This document shows, piece by piece, positions 1 to 8,177 of a stretch of 64,000 nucleotides of DNA. Location of the stretch: contig JAKPNH010000008.1 in assembly GCA_029548485.1 (NCBI GenBank), forward strand, positions 1,563-65,562, read 5' to 3'. The DNA is from a bacterium (GTDB taxonomy: Bacteria > Patescibacteriota > Minisyncoccia > UBA6257 > Colwellbacteraceae). Below the pieces are notes generated by a model, which saw only the letters and a program-made list of their open reading frames with translations, was not told where the DNA came from and did not search any database. The translations under genes were made by a program, and so were the position numbers. Position 1 is the stretch's first letter. Each line of letters starts with the position of its first letter.

Positions 1-207
1 GCATTTGCCGACGCTGACGACAAAAATCCGGCTAAAACCGGAAAGCGGAATTTTCAAATCTTTAACGACCAAATCCCCTTCCCGCAGAAACACGGCTTGC
101 TTGATCGCCTCTTTGGTGTCGATGGCCTGAAGTCCGGCTTCGGCGATCAAAAGCCCGGCCTTTCTCAAATCGTTTTCGGCGAGCTCGTTGAAATTGGATA
201 TTTTCAC
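1..207 (-). CDS. Glycerate 2-kinase (DUF4147/MOFRL family), N-terminal part; runs off the window edge
   Basis: Manual translation from GTG at 207: MKISNFNELAENDLRKAGLLIAEAGLQAIDTKEAIKQAV...RIFVVSVGKC, resembling the DUF4147 N-terminus (G-L-x-A-x-D...V-V-x-x-G-K). Not in the ORF track. Confidence 0.65.
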   Translation of the reverse strand, partial: MKISNFNELAENDLRKAGLLIAEAGLQAIDTKEAIKQAVFLREGDLVVKDLKIPLSGFSRIFVVSVGKC

Positions 208-211
208 TGGT

Positions 212-598
212 TTATTGCGGCAAATCGCAGCCGCTCAAGCGGCTAAGCTCTTCTAATGTCTGGACTCCGGAGAGCCGTTCCCCGGAAAAACTCGTCCAAG
301 TCGGCACTTCGTAAATGTCCTTTTCGACGCATTTTCCCGGATCGACGTCGCAAGCGACGTAATTGACGTACCTGAAAGCGTCTTTGAACATCGCTTTCTG
401 ATCGATGCAGTGCGGGCAAGTCGCCGTGCCGTACATTATCCAGCCTTGCGTCGTCAGGCATTTTGCGAAATCGGCGTATTCCAAGTCCGGATCTTTCGGG
501 AAAAAACCCTCGATCAGAATGACCGCGCCGACAACGACGATCAGAATAAAAATTGTCGGCCAGAATTGTTTTTTGTCCATTTTTATTCTCCGCAGCAA
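212..598 (-). CDS. Membrane-anchored thioredoxin-fold oxidoreductase (CPHC)
   Basis: N-terminal TM helix; MYGTATCPHC..QK..F, YVAC and EVPTW motifs as in the Trx-like domain of bacterial VKOR fusions. True start may be the second Met (MDKKQ). Confidence 0.75.
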   Translation of the reverse strand: MLRRIKMDKKQFWPTIFILIVVVGAVILIEGFFPKDPDLEYADFAKCLTTQGWIMYGTATCPHCIDQKAMFKDAFRYVNYVACDVDPGKCVEKDIYEVPTWTSFSGERLSGVQTLEELSRLSGCDLPQ

Positions 599-1083
599 TC
601 TACCAGCTTATCGACGATCTCTTCGAGCTTCCAGGGCTCGTCTTCTTTGGCGATTTCTTTCAATTCTTCCGCGCCGATCACTTTCAGTCTGATCGCCCAG
701 AACATCGAATAGAGCTTGTAGGCGTAGTCGAAAACCTCTTTGGCTTCCTCGGGCTTTTTGTCGGTTTGGGCTTTGGTGCCGACTTCGATCAAACGCATGG
801 CGGCCGCGAGCAAATGCTTGGCGATGCACCAGGACTCACCCTCTTTCCGGTCGATCATCTTGGCGAGAAGCTTTTTCCGCATTTCCCGGACTTCCTCCAA
901 TAGGTCGAAGTACTCTTTTTTGCCGGTTTTCTCGGCGGTGAAATAAAAATGCTCCTCGAGGCTGATCAAGTTCATAATGGCGATACTCAAATCTTCCTCC
1001 GAAGACAAGTCCAAGCTGCCTCCGGCTTCCAGATCCCGGATTTTTTTCATTATTTCCTCGAAACTCACGGCTTTCTCTTGCAT
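583..1083 (-). CDS. Hypothetical helical protein with EEH, WCxxKH and C-terminal CC motifs
   Basis: 166-aa ORF with plausible composition, a -10 box 6 nt upstream, and overlap with the Trx gene. Confidence 0.7.
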   Translation of the reverse strand: MQEKAVSFEEIMKKIRDLEAGGSLDLSSEEDLSIAIMNLISLEEHFYFTAEKTGKKEYFDLLEEVREMRKKLLAKMIDRKEGESWCIAKHLLAAAMRLIEVGTKAQTDKKPEEAKEVFDYAYKLYSMFWAIRLKVIGAEELKEIAKEDEPWKLEEIVDKLVDCCGE

Positions 1084-1110
1084 GAACGTATTTTAGCGTA
1101 TTTCCGCAAA

Positions 1111-1896
1111 TCAGAAAATAAGAAGCAGAATGCCGAGGACCACCAGGGCGGCGGCCGAGAAGAGCTTGAAATTCTTGGTATTCGATTTGCGCCAATCGTC
1201 GATTTTACGGGTCAGATCCCTGTCCGAAGCCATAAAGAGAATAATGAAGAGTGGAACGACGAAAATCAGATTGTAAACCATAAGATATCGGAATCCGGCC
1301 GTGAAAGTCGCTTTGTCGTGAAGCAAGGAAAGGACCACCAAATACGGTCCGCCGGTGCAGGGAAACTCGGTGAGTCCGACGAGGAGCCCGAGGAGCAGGG
1401 CCGCCCACTCCGATCCTTTCTCGATGAGCTTGGCGATCGCGGGCTTGGCGCGCTCGGGGATTCTAAGCTTTACCGGGAAAGACGGAAAAATCTCTCCGAT
1501 GATCTGGATCGATCCGAAAACGATCAAAGCGATCGCGCCGAACCGGGAGATGAAGCGCGGCACCCCGAAAATCTCGAACGCCTTCAATAACCCGAGGCCG
1601 ATCAGAAGATAGGTCGCGAAAATGGCGGCGATGAAAATAACGCCTATCCTCACGATCTTTTTCCTTTCGACGGACTCGAGGCTGAAAAGGAATCCCATGG
1701 TGAGAAGCAGCACGGAAAAAGCGCAAGGGTTCATCGAATCGAGAATGGCAGCCAAACAGATTATTGAGAGAAGCTCGGCCGGAGAACAGTTGACGGCCTC
1801 GGACGGAGAAAAGCCGGAAATCCTGGTTTTCGCGGCTACCGCTCCCAAAACGAGCAAAACCGCGATTCCGATCCAAAGCCAGATTTTTTTGGCCAT
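1111..1896 (-). CDS. CcdA/DsbD-like transmembrane thiol-disulfide transporter
   Basis: Multiple TM helices and two Pro-Cys motifs, DSMNPCAF and EFPCTGGPY. Confidence 0.75.
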   Translation of the reverse strand: MAKKIWLWIGIAVLLVLGAVAAKTRISGFSPSEAVNCSPAELLSIICLAAILDSMNPCAFSVLLLTMGFLFSLESVERKKIVRIGVIFIAAIFATYLLIGLGLLKAFEIFGVPRFISRFGAIALIVFGSIQIIGEIFPSFPVKLRIPERAKPAIAKLIEKGSEWAALLLGLLVGLTEFPCTGGPYLVVLSLLHDKATFTAGFRYLMVYNLIFVVPLFIILFMASDRDLTRKIDDWRKSNTKNFKLFSAAALVVLGILLLIF

Positions 1897-1989
1897 AGAA
1901 TCATTGTAGCTTGATTCGGCGTTTCCGGAAACTTGACCCGAACTTCGGAAAAAGAGAAGATTCTAGAAGATCGTTCGACAGAAAGGAGA

Positions 1990-2175
1990 ATGGCGATGAA
2001 GCGGGTTTTGGAGCTCGCGCAGCGGTTTTGGAACGATCCCCGGCCTTTCCAACTTATTTTTGCCGTCTTCGGGACCGTTGTCGTTTTCAGGCTCGCGGAA
2101 AGGTTCTGGCCGGAAACGCTTTTCGTCATCCTGGTCGCCATCTCCGTCATCGCCTTGGCGAACACGAAAAAATGA
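1990..2175 (+). CDS. Small membrane protein (61 aa)
   Basis: GAAAGGAG SD-like site before ATG 1990/1996; two hydrophobic segments. Confidence 0.55.
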   Translation: MAMKRVLELAQRFWNDPRPFQLIFAVFGTVVVFRLAERFWPETLFVILVAISVIALANTKK

Positions 2176-2188
2176 AAGGAGAGCGGCA

Positions 2189-2371
2189 ATGCGGAAATTC
2201 CGGAGCGCCCTGCGGTGGATTCGGGAAAATCCCGAGTCGTTCCAGATTGTTATCGACGGCGTCATCATCCTCAGCGTCATCACCTTTGATTTAAACACGC
2301 CTTTGAGGCGGGTTCTCGGCGTAATTCTCCTTGTTTCGGCTTTCGTTTCTTTCAGAAGGCAAGTTCATTGA
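2189..2371 (+). CDS. Small membrane protein (60 aa), possible paralog of the upstream ORF
   Basis: GAAAGGAG SD, then MRKFRSALRWIRENPESFQIVI...; two hydrophobic segments; followed by a terminator. Confidence 0.55.
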   Translation: MRKFRSALRWIRENPESFQIVIDGVIILSVITFDLNTPLRRVLGVILLVSAFVSFRRQVH

Positions 2372-2400
2372 CGGCTCCATTTAGGAGCCGATTTTTTATT
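2372..2400 (+). terminator. Rho-independent terminator
   Basis: cggctcc-attta-ggagccg followed by a T-run. Confidence 0.7.
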
Positions 2401-2467
2401 TGACGGCCTCCCGGAATTAAGCTTTAAATAGGGTGGATTCGGACAAATCCTAAAGGGGGTCTTTTCA

Positions 2468-3412
2468 ATGAGGGGTTCAAACATCGTTATCATGTCCAAT
2501 AACGTGGGAAAGAGGCTTGCCGCGAGCATCGCCGAAAGGCTTTTCCAAAAAACGCATTCCGTCAAATTGGTCCGCTTCAACGACGGCGAAATCAGAATAG
2601 AGATCGGAGACAACGTACGCGGGGAAGACGTCTATATCGTCGCTCCGACGCCGGCTCCGGCGGACAACATCATGGAAGCCATACTGATTGCGGACGCGGC
2701 CCGAAGATCGTCCGCCGGGAAGATCACCCTGGTTCTCCCCTATGTCGGATACAGCCGGCAGGACCGCAAGGACAAACCCCGCGTGCCGCTTAGCGCCAAG
2801 GTCGTCTACGAAATGATGAGTGTCAGTGCGGATCACGTCCTGGCGTTGGACGTGCACTCGGAACAAACTCTCGGGTTTTTCCCGGACAGGGTCGGAGTCG
2901 ACCATTTGTTCGGATCGTATGTCGGCATCCCCTATATCCGGGACAACATTCCCAGTCCGTTTGTGATTGCCTCGCCGGATGCCGGAGGATCTAAACGGGC
3001 GCGCGGCTACGCCGACCGGCTCGGCCAGCAGAATATCGCAATATTTATCAAGTTCCGTCCGGAACCGGGTAAAATCGGGAAAGTTTCCATCAACGGCAGT
3101 GTTCGCGGAAAGAACGTCGTCTTCGTGGACGACATGATCGACACCGGCGGAACACTTGTGACGAACGCCGAAGCGGCCGTGAAAGCCGGAGCCAAAGACA
3201 TCTACGTCTTTGCGACCCACGCCCTGCTTTCCAAGGAAGCGGTGCCGAACCTCAACAAAAGTCCGATCAGGCGCATCGCGATCACCGATTCCATCGACCA
3301 AAGCGACCGCGACCTGGGAGAAAAATTCGTTGTCCTTTCCGTCGCCGACCTCCTCGCGAACGCGATCCGCCGCCTTCACGACGGCCGATCGATTTCCGAA
3401 CTGATCCTTTGA
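2468..3412 (+). CDS. prs: Ribose-phosphate pyrophosphokinase
   Basis: F.DGE, PYxGYSRQDRK, DVHS, SPDAGG and VDDMIDTGGT motifs. Confidence 0.95.
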   Translation: MRGSNIVIMSNNVGKRLAASIAERLFQKTHSVKLVRFNDGEIRIEIGDNVRGEDVYIVAPTPAPADNIMEAILIADAARRSSAGKITLVLPYVGYSRQDRKDKPRVPLSAKVVYEMMSVSADHVLALDVHSEQTLGFFPDRVGVDHLFGSYVGIPYIRDNIPSPFVIASPDAGGSKRARGYADRLGQQNIAIFIKFRPEPGKIGKVSINGSVRGKNVVFVDDMIDTGGTLVTNAEAAVKAGAKDIYVFATHALLSKEAVPNLNKSPIRRIAITDSIDQSDRDLGEKFVVLSVADLLANAIRRLHDGRSISELIL

Positions 3413-3416
3413 CATT

Positions 3417-3441
3417 AGCAGGCCAACCGGCCTGCTTTTTT
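3417..3441 (+). terminator. Rho-independent terminator after prs
   Basis: agcaggcc-aacc-ggcctgct plus T-run. Confidence 0.75.
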
Positions 3442-3457
3442 ATTGATAAATATGAAG

Positions 3458-3529
3458 TGGACCCAGATGGAATTGGACCATCGGCCTTTCCGATGTGAAC
3501 GGAACGCTCTACCACTGAGCTATGGGTCC
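3458..3529 (-). tRNA. tRNA-Val(CAC)
   Basis: GGACCCA-TAGCTCAGTGGTAGAGC-G-TTCCG-TTCACAT-CGGAA...GATGG-TCCAATT-CCATC-TGGGTCC-A cloverleaf; CCA not encoded. Confidence 0.9.
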
Positions 3530-3552
3530 GGAGCTTAATTATCAAGATAACA

Positions 3553-3581
3553 AAAACCGGCTTTTTTGAACAGCCGGTTTT
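3553..3581 (-). terminator. Terminator after rplL
   Basis: aaaaccggct...agccggtttt inverted repeat flanked by A/T runs. Confidence 0.7.
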
Positions 3582-3603
3582 CGAATCAAAGTCTCGCTCG
3601 GAA

Positions 3604-3963
3604 TTACTGCAATTCCGCGGTGGCGCCGACTTCTTCGAATTTCTTTTTGAGTTCGTCGGCTTCTTCTTTTTTCAATCCTTCCTTGACGACTTTCGGAGCG
3701 GCGTCAACCAAGTCTTTGGCTTCTTTAAGGCCAAGGCCGGTCGCCTCTCTCACCACCTTGATGACGTTGATTTTCTGGTCACCCGAAGCTTTAAGAAGAA
3801 CGTTGAAAGACGTTTTCTCTTCGACGGCGGCGCCGGAAGCGGCCGCGGCCGCCGGAGCGCTGGCGGTAACGCCGAATTTTTCCTCGAGAGCCTTTACCAA
3901 TTCCGAAAGCTCCAAGGCGCTAAGTTTCTCGATTTCCGAGATGATGTTTTGGAATTTTTCCAT
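3604..3963 (-). CDS. rplL: 50S ribosomal protein L7/L12
   Basis: LEEKFGVTA, Ala-rich hinge, [22 protein letters not shown]. Confidence 0.97.
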   Translation of the reverse strand: MEKFQNIISEIEKLSALELSELVKALEEKFGVTASAPAAAAASGAAVEEKTSFNVLLKASGDQKINVIKVVREATGLGLKEAKDLVDAAPKVVKEGLKKEEADELKKKFEEVGATAELQ

Positions 3964-3973
3964 GTTGGTTTAT

Positions 3974-4453
3974 TTATGCTGTTTGTTTCGACCTCTCTTG
4001 CAACACGTAAAGAAGCGAAGTGAGTGGAGCGGCGATCGTTCCGACAACCTGGCCGAGCAGAATTTCGCGGGGCGGCAGCTTGCCCATGGCAACGATGTCC
4101 GCCGCGGGGATCGTCTGTCCGGATGCGATGTCGAATCCTCCGAGCACCTTGAAGCCTTCGGCTTTGTAGATCGGACCGGAAACGGCAAAAACATCGGTCG
4201 GAGAAAAAACCGTGCCGACCTGGCCTTCGAAAGTTTCCGGATCGATAGCGACATTCGCTCTCAAGAAAATCAATTTGAGCAGCCTTTTTTTGACCACGTC
4301 GAAATGTCCGCCCAATTTCCTCATCTCGCTTCTGAAAGCGTTGAGTTTACCCGTGGGAACGCCGGTGAAATCCAAAAAAACCATTGACTGGCTGGATGCC
4401 ACGTCCTTTGCTCCCTGTCTCAAGATCTCCTGTTTTTCTTTTCTGGTAAGCAT
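3974..4453 (-). CDS. rplJ: 50S ribosomal protein L10
   Basis: DFTG...R...VVKKRL and LPPRE.LL motifs; directly upstream of rplL. Confidence 0.93.
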   Translation of the reverse strand: MLTRKEKQEILRQGAKDVASSQSMVFLDFTGVPTGKLNAFRSEMRKLGGHFDVVKKRLLKLIFLRANVAIDPETFEGQVGTVFSPTDVFAVSGPIYKAEGFKVLGGFDIASGQTIPAADIVAMGKLPPREILLGQVVGTIAAPLTSLLYVLQERSKQTA

Positions 4454-4483
4454 GTGTATTTTTTATTTTCCCGAAAAGGAAAT

Positions 4484-4578
4484 AAAAAACTGCGCTATAA
4501 ACCCGCAGTCGACCTGAATGTTTGTCCTCGGCAGGTTCCTTTAAAGGAATTAAGGCGAACGCCTGCTTTCTGCGGATA
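4484..4578 (-). promoter_or_regulatory. L10 leader (ribosomal protein autoregulatory RNA) with attenuator hairpin
   Basis: Minus strand reads CCGCAGAAAGCAGG...TTAA...CCTGCCGAGG (L10-leader kink-turn signature), then CTGCG-ggtttatag-CGCAG-TTTTTT before rplJ. Confidence 0.8.
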
Positions 4579-4610
4579 TGGCTTATCTTCTCACAGATTC
4601 CCCGCTCTTG

Positions 4611-5315
4611 TCAATTCTTGGATTTCACGAGCGGCACGAAGCTGAAACCGAAATACTCCTTGGTTTCGAACTGGTCCGGCTTTATTTTATCGATGACGAC
4701 GATGCTTTGTCCGACCGGAGCGACGATGCGACCGCCGACAACGAGCTCTTCTTTCCAAGACTCGGGGATTTCCTCGGCCGCGGCGGCGGCGATTATTTTG
4801 TTGAAAGGCGGCTCGTTTTCCATTTTTTTGGAGCCGTCACCGACGACGATCCTCACCCGGCCGGAATCGATGAATCCGTATTTTCCGATATTCTCTTTGG
4901 CTTTTTCCGCCAATTCCTTGATGCGCTCGATCCCGACCACCTGTCCGGTTTCTCCGACCAGTTCGGCCAGGATGGCCGCTTGCCAGCCGCTGCCGCTTCC
5001 CACGTCGAGTACGCGCTCTCCGGGCTTCGGCCGCAAAAGCTCAAGCATGAAAGCGACGACCAAAGGCTGGGAAATGGTCTGCTCAAAGCCGATGGCCAAA
5101 GCCGAATCGAAATAAGCCTCTCCTAGAAGCTCCGGAGGCACGAAATCTTTCCGGTCGATTTTCCGGAAAGCCTCGGCGATGACCGGCGTTTGGATATATC
5201 CGTCGGTTTCGAGATGTTTTATGAGCTCTTCGTAGCTTTCGTTCACAAACCCGGAATTAGCCTCATCCTCATTTTCCGGGCTGTTTTCCTCGAAAATATT
5301 GATTTTTTCAGCCAT
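4611..5315 (-). CDS. pcm: Protein-L-isoaspartate O-methyltransferase
   Basis: QTISQP, VLDVGSGSGW.AA, GDG, GGRIVAPVG and FVPL motifs. Confidence 0.93.
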   Translation of the reverse strand: MAEKINIFEENSPENEDEANSGFVNESYEELIKHLETDGYIQTPVIAEAFRKIDRKDFVPPELLGEAYFDSALAIGFEQTISQPLVVAFMLELLRPKPGERVLDVGSGSGWQAAILAELVGETGQVVGIERIKELAEKAKENIGKYGFIDSGRVRIVVGDGSKKMENEPPFNKIIAAAAAEEIPESWKEELVVGGRIVAPVGQSIVVIDKIKPDQFETKEYFGFSFVPLVKSKN

Positions 5316-5380
5316 TTATGGTGTCATTATAATATAAAATGGTCATTCAGGCCATTTTAAGTTCCTAAACAAGAGGAGGA

Positions 5381-5992
5381 TTGGATTTGGAAGAGTCGAA
5401 AGCGTCAGGACAACAACAGGCTTCGGCAGTACCGGCGGTCCGCGTCAAAGTAACGGGGACCCCAACAGCGACGACCCTGCCCAATCAAGGCCCGAAGGAC
5501 GTTCAAGCGATCGTAGAAACGATCAAAGCCAAGGTTTCCGAAGCGGTATATAAAAAACCGCCTAGAATTTGCGTGGCGGTAACGGCAATCGAGGTAAGCC
5601 AGGCCGTTGCCGATCACTTGAGAAACCAGGGGCCGCCCGGTCGCAAGAAAACCGCCGAAGGCCCGGTCGTGGCCCAGTCATTGACGCTTGTCGTCGACGA
5701 CGAGCGCGTCTTCCAGACGAGCAAGCCGCTGAGCTGCGAACGCCATGCGTTTCCGACGGTTGTCGAACGCATGAGCGGAGTCAAGCTGAAAGAGCTGCTC
5801 CGCTCCCGCAGCAGTTTCGTTATCTATAGTCAGATTGAACGCTCCGGCAACGGCTGCCTCAGCTATGACAAAATCAAGGACTCCGGCGACCGCGACAGGC
5901 AGAACGGTTCAAACCGTCGCAACGACCGCGAAGCGGAAACCAGTCGGTTTTCGCAACCGGCCAGGATGACTCTCTTCGTCGGCCGACGCTAA
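5381..5992 (+). CDS. Hypothetical protein
   Basis: 203-aa ORF with a GAGGAGG SD-like site, an upstream TATAAT and a downstream terminator; no recognised motif; start codon uncertain. Confidence 0.55.
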   Translation: MDLEESKASGQQQASAVPAVRVKVTGTPTATTLPNQGPKDVQAIVETIKAKVSEAVYKKPPRICVAVTAIEVSQAVADHLRNQGPPGRKKTAEGPVVAQSLTLVVDDERVFQTSKPLSCERHAFPTVVERMSGVKLKELLRSRSSFVIYSQIERSGNGCLSYDKIKDSGDRDRQNGSNRRNDREAETSRFSQPARMTLFVGRR

Positions 5993-6008
5993 GAACTCGA
6001 TCAAATCC

Positions 6009-6036
6009 AAAACCCCGTCAGAGATGGCGGGGTTTT
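6009..6036. terminator. Bidirectional terminator between the hypothetical gene and rpmG
   Basis: aaaaccccgtca-gaga-tggcggggtttt. Confidence 0.75.
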
Positions 6037-6055
6037 GTTGTTTTATGTCGAAAGA

Positions 6056-6232
6056 TTATTTCTTCACCTCTTTGTGATCGGTGCGCTTCCGGCAGCGGCT
6101 GCAGTATTTTTTTAAACTGATTTTCCTTTCAACCAGTTTTTTGTTCTTGCGGGTGAAATAATTGACTTTGCCGCAAACGCCGCATTTCAATCTTATGAGG
6201 TTTTCGGAAAACTTTGATTTTGCTTTAGCCAT
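6056..6232 (-). CDS. rpmG: 50S ribosomal protein L33 (zinc-ribbon type)
   Basis: Manual translation MAKAKSKFSENLIRLKCGVCGKVNYFTRKNKKLVERKISLKKYCSRCRKRTDHKEVKK; too short for the ORF track. Confidence 0.95.
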   Translation of the reverse strand: MAKAKSKFSENLIRLKCGVCGKVNYFTRKNKKLVERKISLKKYCSRCRKRTDHKEVKK

Positions 6233-6259
6233 GTTTATTTATTGTTTTTCGCTCCTTTG

Positions 6260-6331
6260 AGCCGATGGTGAGAATCGGACTCACGACCTCTTTCTTACCA
6301 AGAAAGCGTTCTACCACTGAACTACATCGGC
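6260..6331 (-). tRNA. tRNA-Thr(GGT)
   Basis: GCCGATG-TAGTTCAGTGGTAGAAC-G-CTTTC-TTGGTAA-GAAAG...GTGAG-TCCGATT-CTCAC-CATCGGC-T. Confidence 0.92.
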
Positions 6332-6343
6332 TGTAAAGCCCGG

Positions 6344-6415
6344 AGCCAGCAAAGGGAATCGAACCCCCGACCCACTGTTTACAAAACAGTTGCTCTGCCA
6401 CTGAGCTATGCTGGC
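6344..6415 (-). tRNA. tRNA-Thr(TGT)
   Basis: GCCAGCA-TAGCTCAGTGGCAGAGC-A-ACTGT-TTTGTAA-ACAGT...GGTTCGATTCC...TGCTGGC-T. Confidence 0.92.
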
Positions 6416-6513
6416 ATGATAGCAAAGTCTCTTCAAAACGCAAAGCCTATTTTAATACGGATTCCCGATTTTTTCTTACATTCCGCTAAATAATCGCCGA
6501 AGACGATTATTTG

Positions 6514-6597
6514 TGCTGAGGGAGGGATTCGAACCCCCGTAGCCACAAGGGCGACAGATTTACAGTCTGTTGCGATTGACCGCTCCGCCACCTCAGC
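6514..6597 (-). tRNA. tRNA-Tyr(GTA)
   Basis: GCTGAGG-TGGCGGAGCGGTCAATCGC-A-ACAGA-CTGTAAA-TCTGT, long variable arm, GGTTCGAATCC, CCTCAGC-A. Confidence 0.92.
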
Positions 6598-6654
6598 ATT
6601 CGATTGATACGAAACAAGCCTATCAAGGCTTGTTTTATTTAAGCAGATTTCAGG

Positions 6655-6972
6655 CTAAGAAATCAAACCGCTGTCGCCGTTCTTCTTGCCGTTTTCCGAC
6701 TTGAATCCTTTGAGCTTTCCGGTAACCGCGTTGTCGGCTTTCATGATGGCGATCTTCGTTTTTCTCAAGGTTTTCTCCACAAAGCGGTCGAAGGTGTCGT
6801 CGATCTTGTCGAGCGGCAGTTTCTTCATCGTCCGCTCCCACCACAAGCCGTCTTTTTTCTGGCCGGGAGCGACGACCTCGTCGTCGACGCGCGGAATGGC
6901 GCGGCTGAAAATATAAACCGCCGCCCCGAGCGAGAGCATCATGATGATCTGAAGCAAGAAGTTATAGAACAT
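6655..6972 (-). CDS. Hypothetical single-pass membrane protein
   Basis: N-terminal hydrophobic helix and basic C-terminus; overlaps the tsf stop. Confidence 0.6.
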   Translation of the reverse strand: MFYNFLLQIIMMLSLGAAVYIFSRAIPRVDDEVVAPGQKKDGLWWERTMKKLPLDKIDDTFDRFVEKTLRKTKIAIMKADNAVTGKLKGFKSENGKKNGDSGLIS

Positions 6973-7405
6973 AGCGGCAGAATTTCTCCACCTGGATATT
7001 TTCGCCGGTTTTGGCGACGACGCCTTTGATCAAGTTGTCGATGGTGGTGTTCTCGTCGCGGATATAAGGAGCGGCGAGCAGATCCCCTGTCGTTTCCGGC
7101 TCCATGGCCGCGATCTGCATGGCGAGGTTGCGGCCGAGCTCCTGGAAATCTTCAAGGCGCGCCACGAAATCGGTCTCGCACCTAAGCAAGAGCAGAACGC
7201 CGATCCTTTCGTTATGGATATAAGAGAATATCCGGCCGCTTCCGGTCTGGCGTTCGGCTTTTTTCTCGGCCTTGGCCAATCCGCGTTCGGCGATCAAAGC
7301 TTTGGCTTTCTCGAAATCCCCGGCCGCGTCTTCAAGGGCGCGCTTCGTGTCCATGACGCCGGCGCCGGTCTCTTCCCTAAGCCGTTTGACTGTTTCCGCG
7401 TTCAT
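6962..7405 (-). CDS. tsf: Elongation factor Ts (short form)
   Basis: VKRLREETGAGVMDTKRAL, CETDFVA and GENIQV motifs; 147 aa. Confidence 0.95.
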   Translation of the reverse strand: MNAETVKRLREETGAGVMDTKRALEDAAGDFEKAKALIAERGLAKAEKKAERQTGSGRIFSYIHNERIGVLLLLRCETDFVARLEDFQELGRNLAMQIAAMEPETTGDLLAAPYIRDENTTIDNLIKGVVAKTGENIQVEKFCRYVL

Positions 7406-8144
7406 TGTTGCGTTTGAGGTTAGGTTCCAAATAATTCAAAACCCATTCGACGGCCGTCGAAAGCTTGTCGTTTCCCGGAATGGGATACTCGACCATTGTC
7501 GGATCGGCGTTGGTATTCAAGAAAGCCACCACCGGGATGCCGGCGTTCTTCGCTTCGTCGATGGCGAGCTTGTTTTCCGAAGGGCTCATGACGAGCATCG
7601 CTCCCGGAAGCTCGTTCATGTCTTTGAGTCCGGTGAAAATCGCCGCCATCTTGGCGATTTCTCTCTCGATCATCAATTGTTCCTTTTTGGTGTATTTCGC
7701 TAAATTGCCGGCTTCTTTGTCCGCCAGCAATTTCTTGAAGTACTGGACCCGGCCGTTGACGATCTTGAAATTGGTGAGCGTTCCGCCGATCCACCTCTCG
7801 ATGACGTAAGGATTGTTGGTTTTTTCGGCGCAGTCTTTGACCGCCTGTTTGGCGATGGCCGCCGTTCCGACCAAAAGAACGCTTTTTCCGGAATCGACAA
7901 CGGCTTTCAGAAATTCGGACGCTTTCCGGAGAAGAGCGATGGTCTGCACGAGATCGATCACTTCGACTCCGCTTCTCGTCGAGTGGATATACGGCTTCAT
8001 CTTCGGATGGGTCTTACTTTTGGCCAAGCCGTGTATCAAGCCGGCGTCGATCATCTCCTGTAACGTCAGCAAGTCTTCCGGAGACACTTTGGCCTCCTGC
8101 GTTTCGATTATTTCGTTTTCCTTGGTCTCGGTCTCTGTCGCCAT
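7377..8144 (-). CDS. rpsB: 30S ribosomal protein S2
   Basis: HPKMKPYI, ERWIGGTLTNF and PIPGND motifs. Confidence 0.96.
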   Translation of the reverse strand: MATETETKENEIIETQEAKVSPEDLLTLQEMIDAGLIHGLAKSKTHPKMKPYIHSTRSGVEVIDLVQTIALLRKASEFLKAVVDSGKSVLLVGTAAIAKQAVKDCAEKTNNPYVIERWIGGTLTNFKIVNGRVQYFKKLLADKEAGNLAKYTKKEQLMIEREIAKMAAIFTGLKDMNELPGAMLVMSPSENKLAIDEAKNAGIPVVAFLNTNADPTMVEYPIPGNDKLSTAVEWVLNYLEPNLKRNNERGNSQTA

Positions 8145-8177
8145 AAATACTAAACAATAGTAATTAAAAACGGCTTT

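Noticed and set aside
2477-3415. 312-aa antisense ORF over prs, and similar long shadow ORFs (13813-15309, 34917-36500, 38263-39456, 16960-17775)
   Set aside because: They overlap well-supported genes on the opposite strand or in another frame, carry no motifs, and are expected from GC-rich codon usage.
6225-6443. 72-aa ORF upstream of rpmG, and the 87-aa ORF at 3282-3545
   Set aside because: These are translations of tRNA genes.
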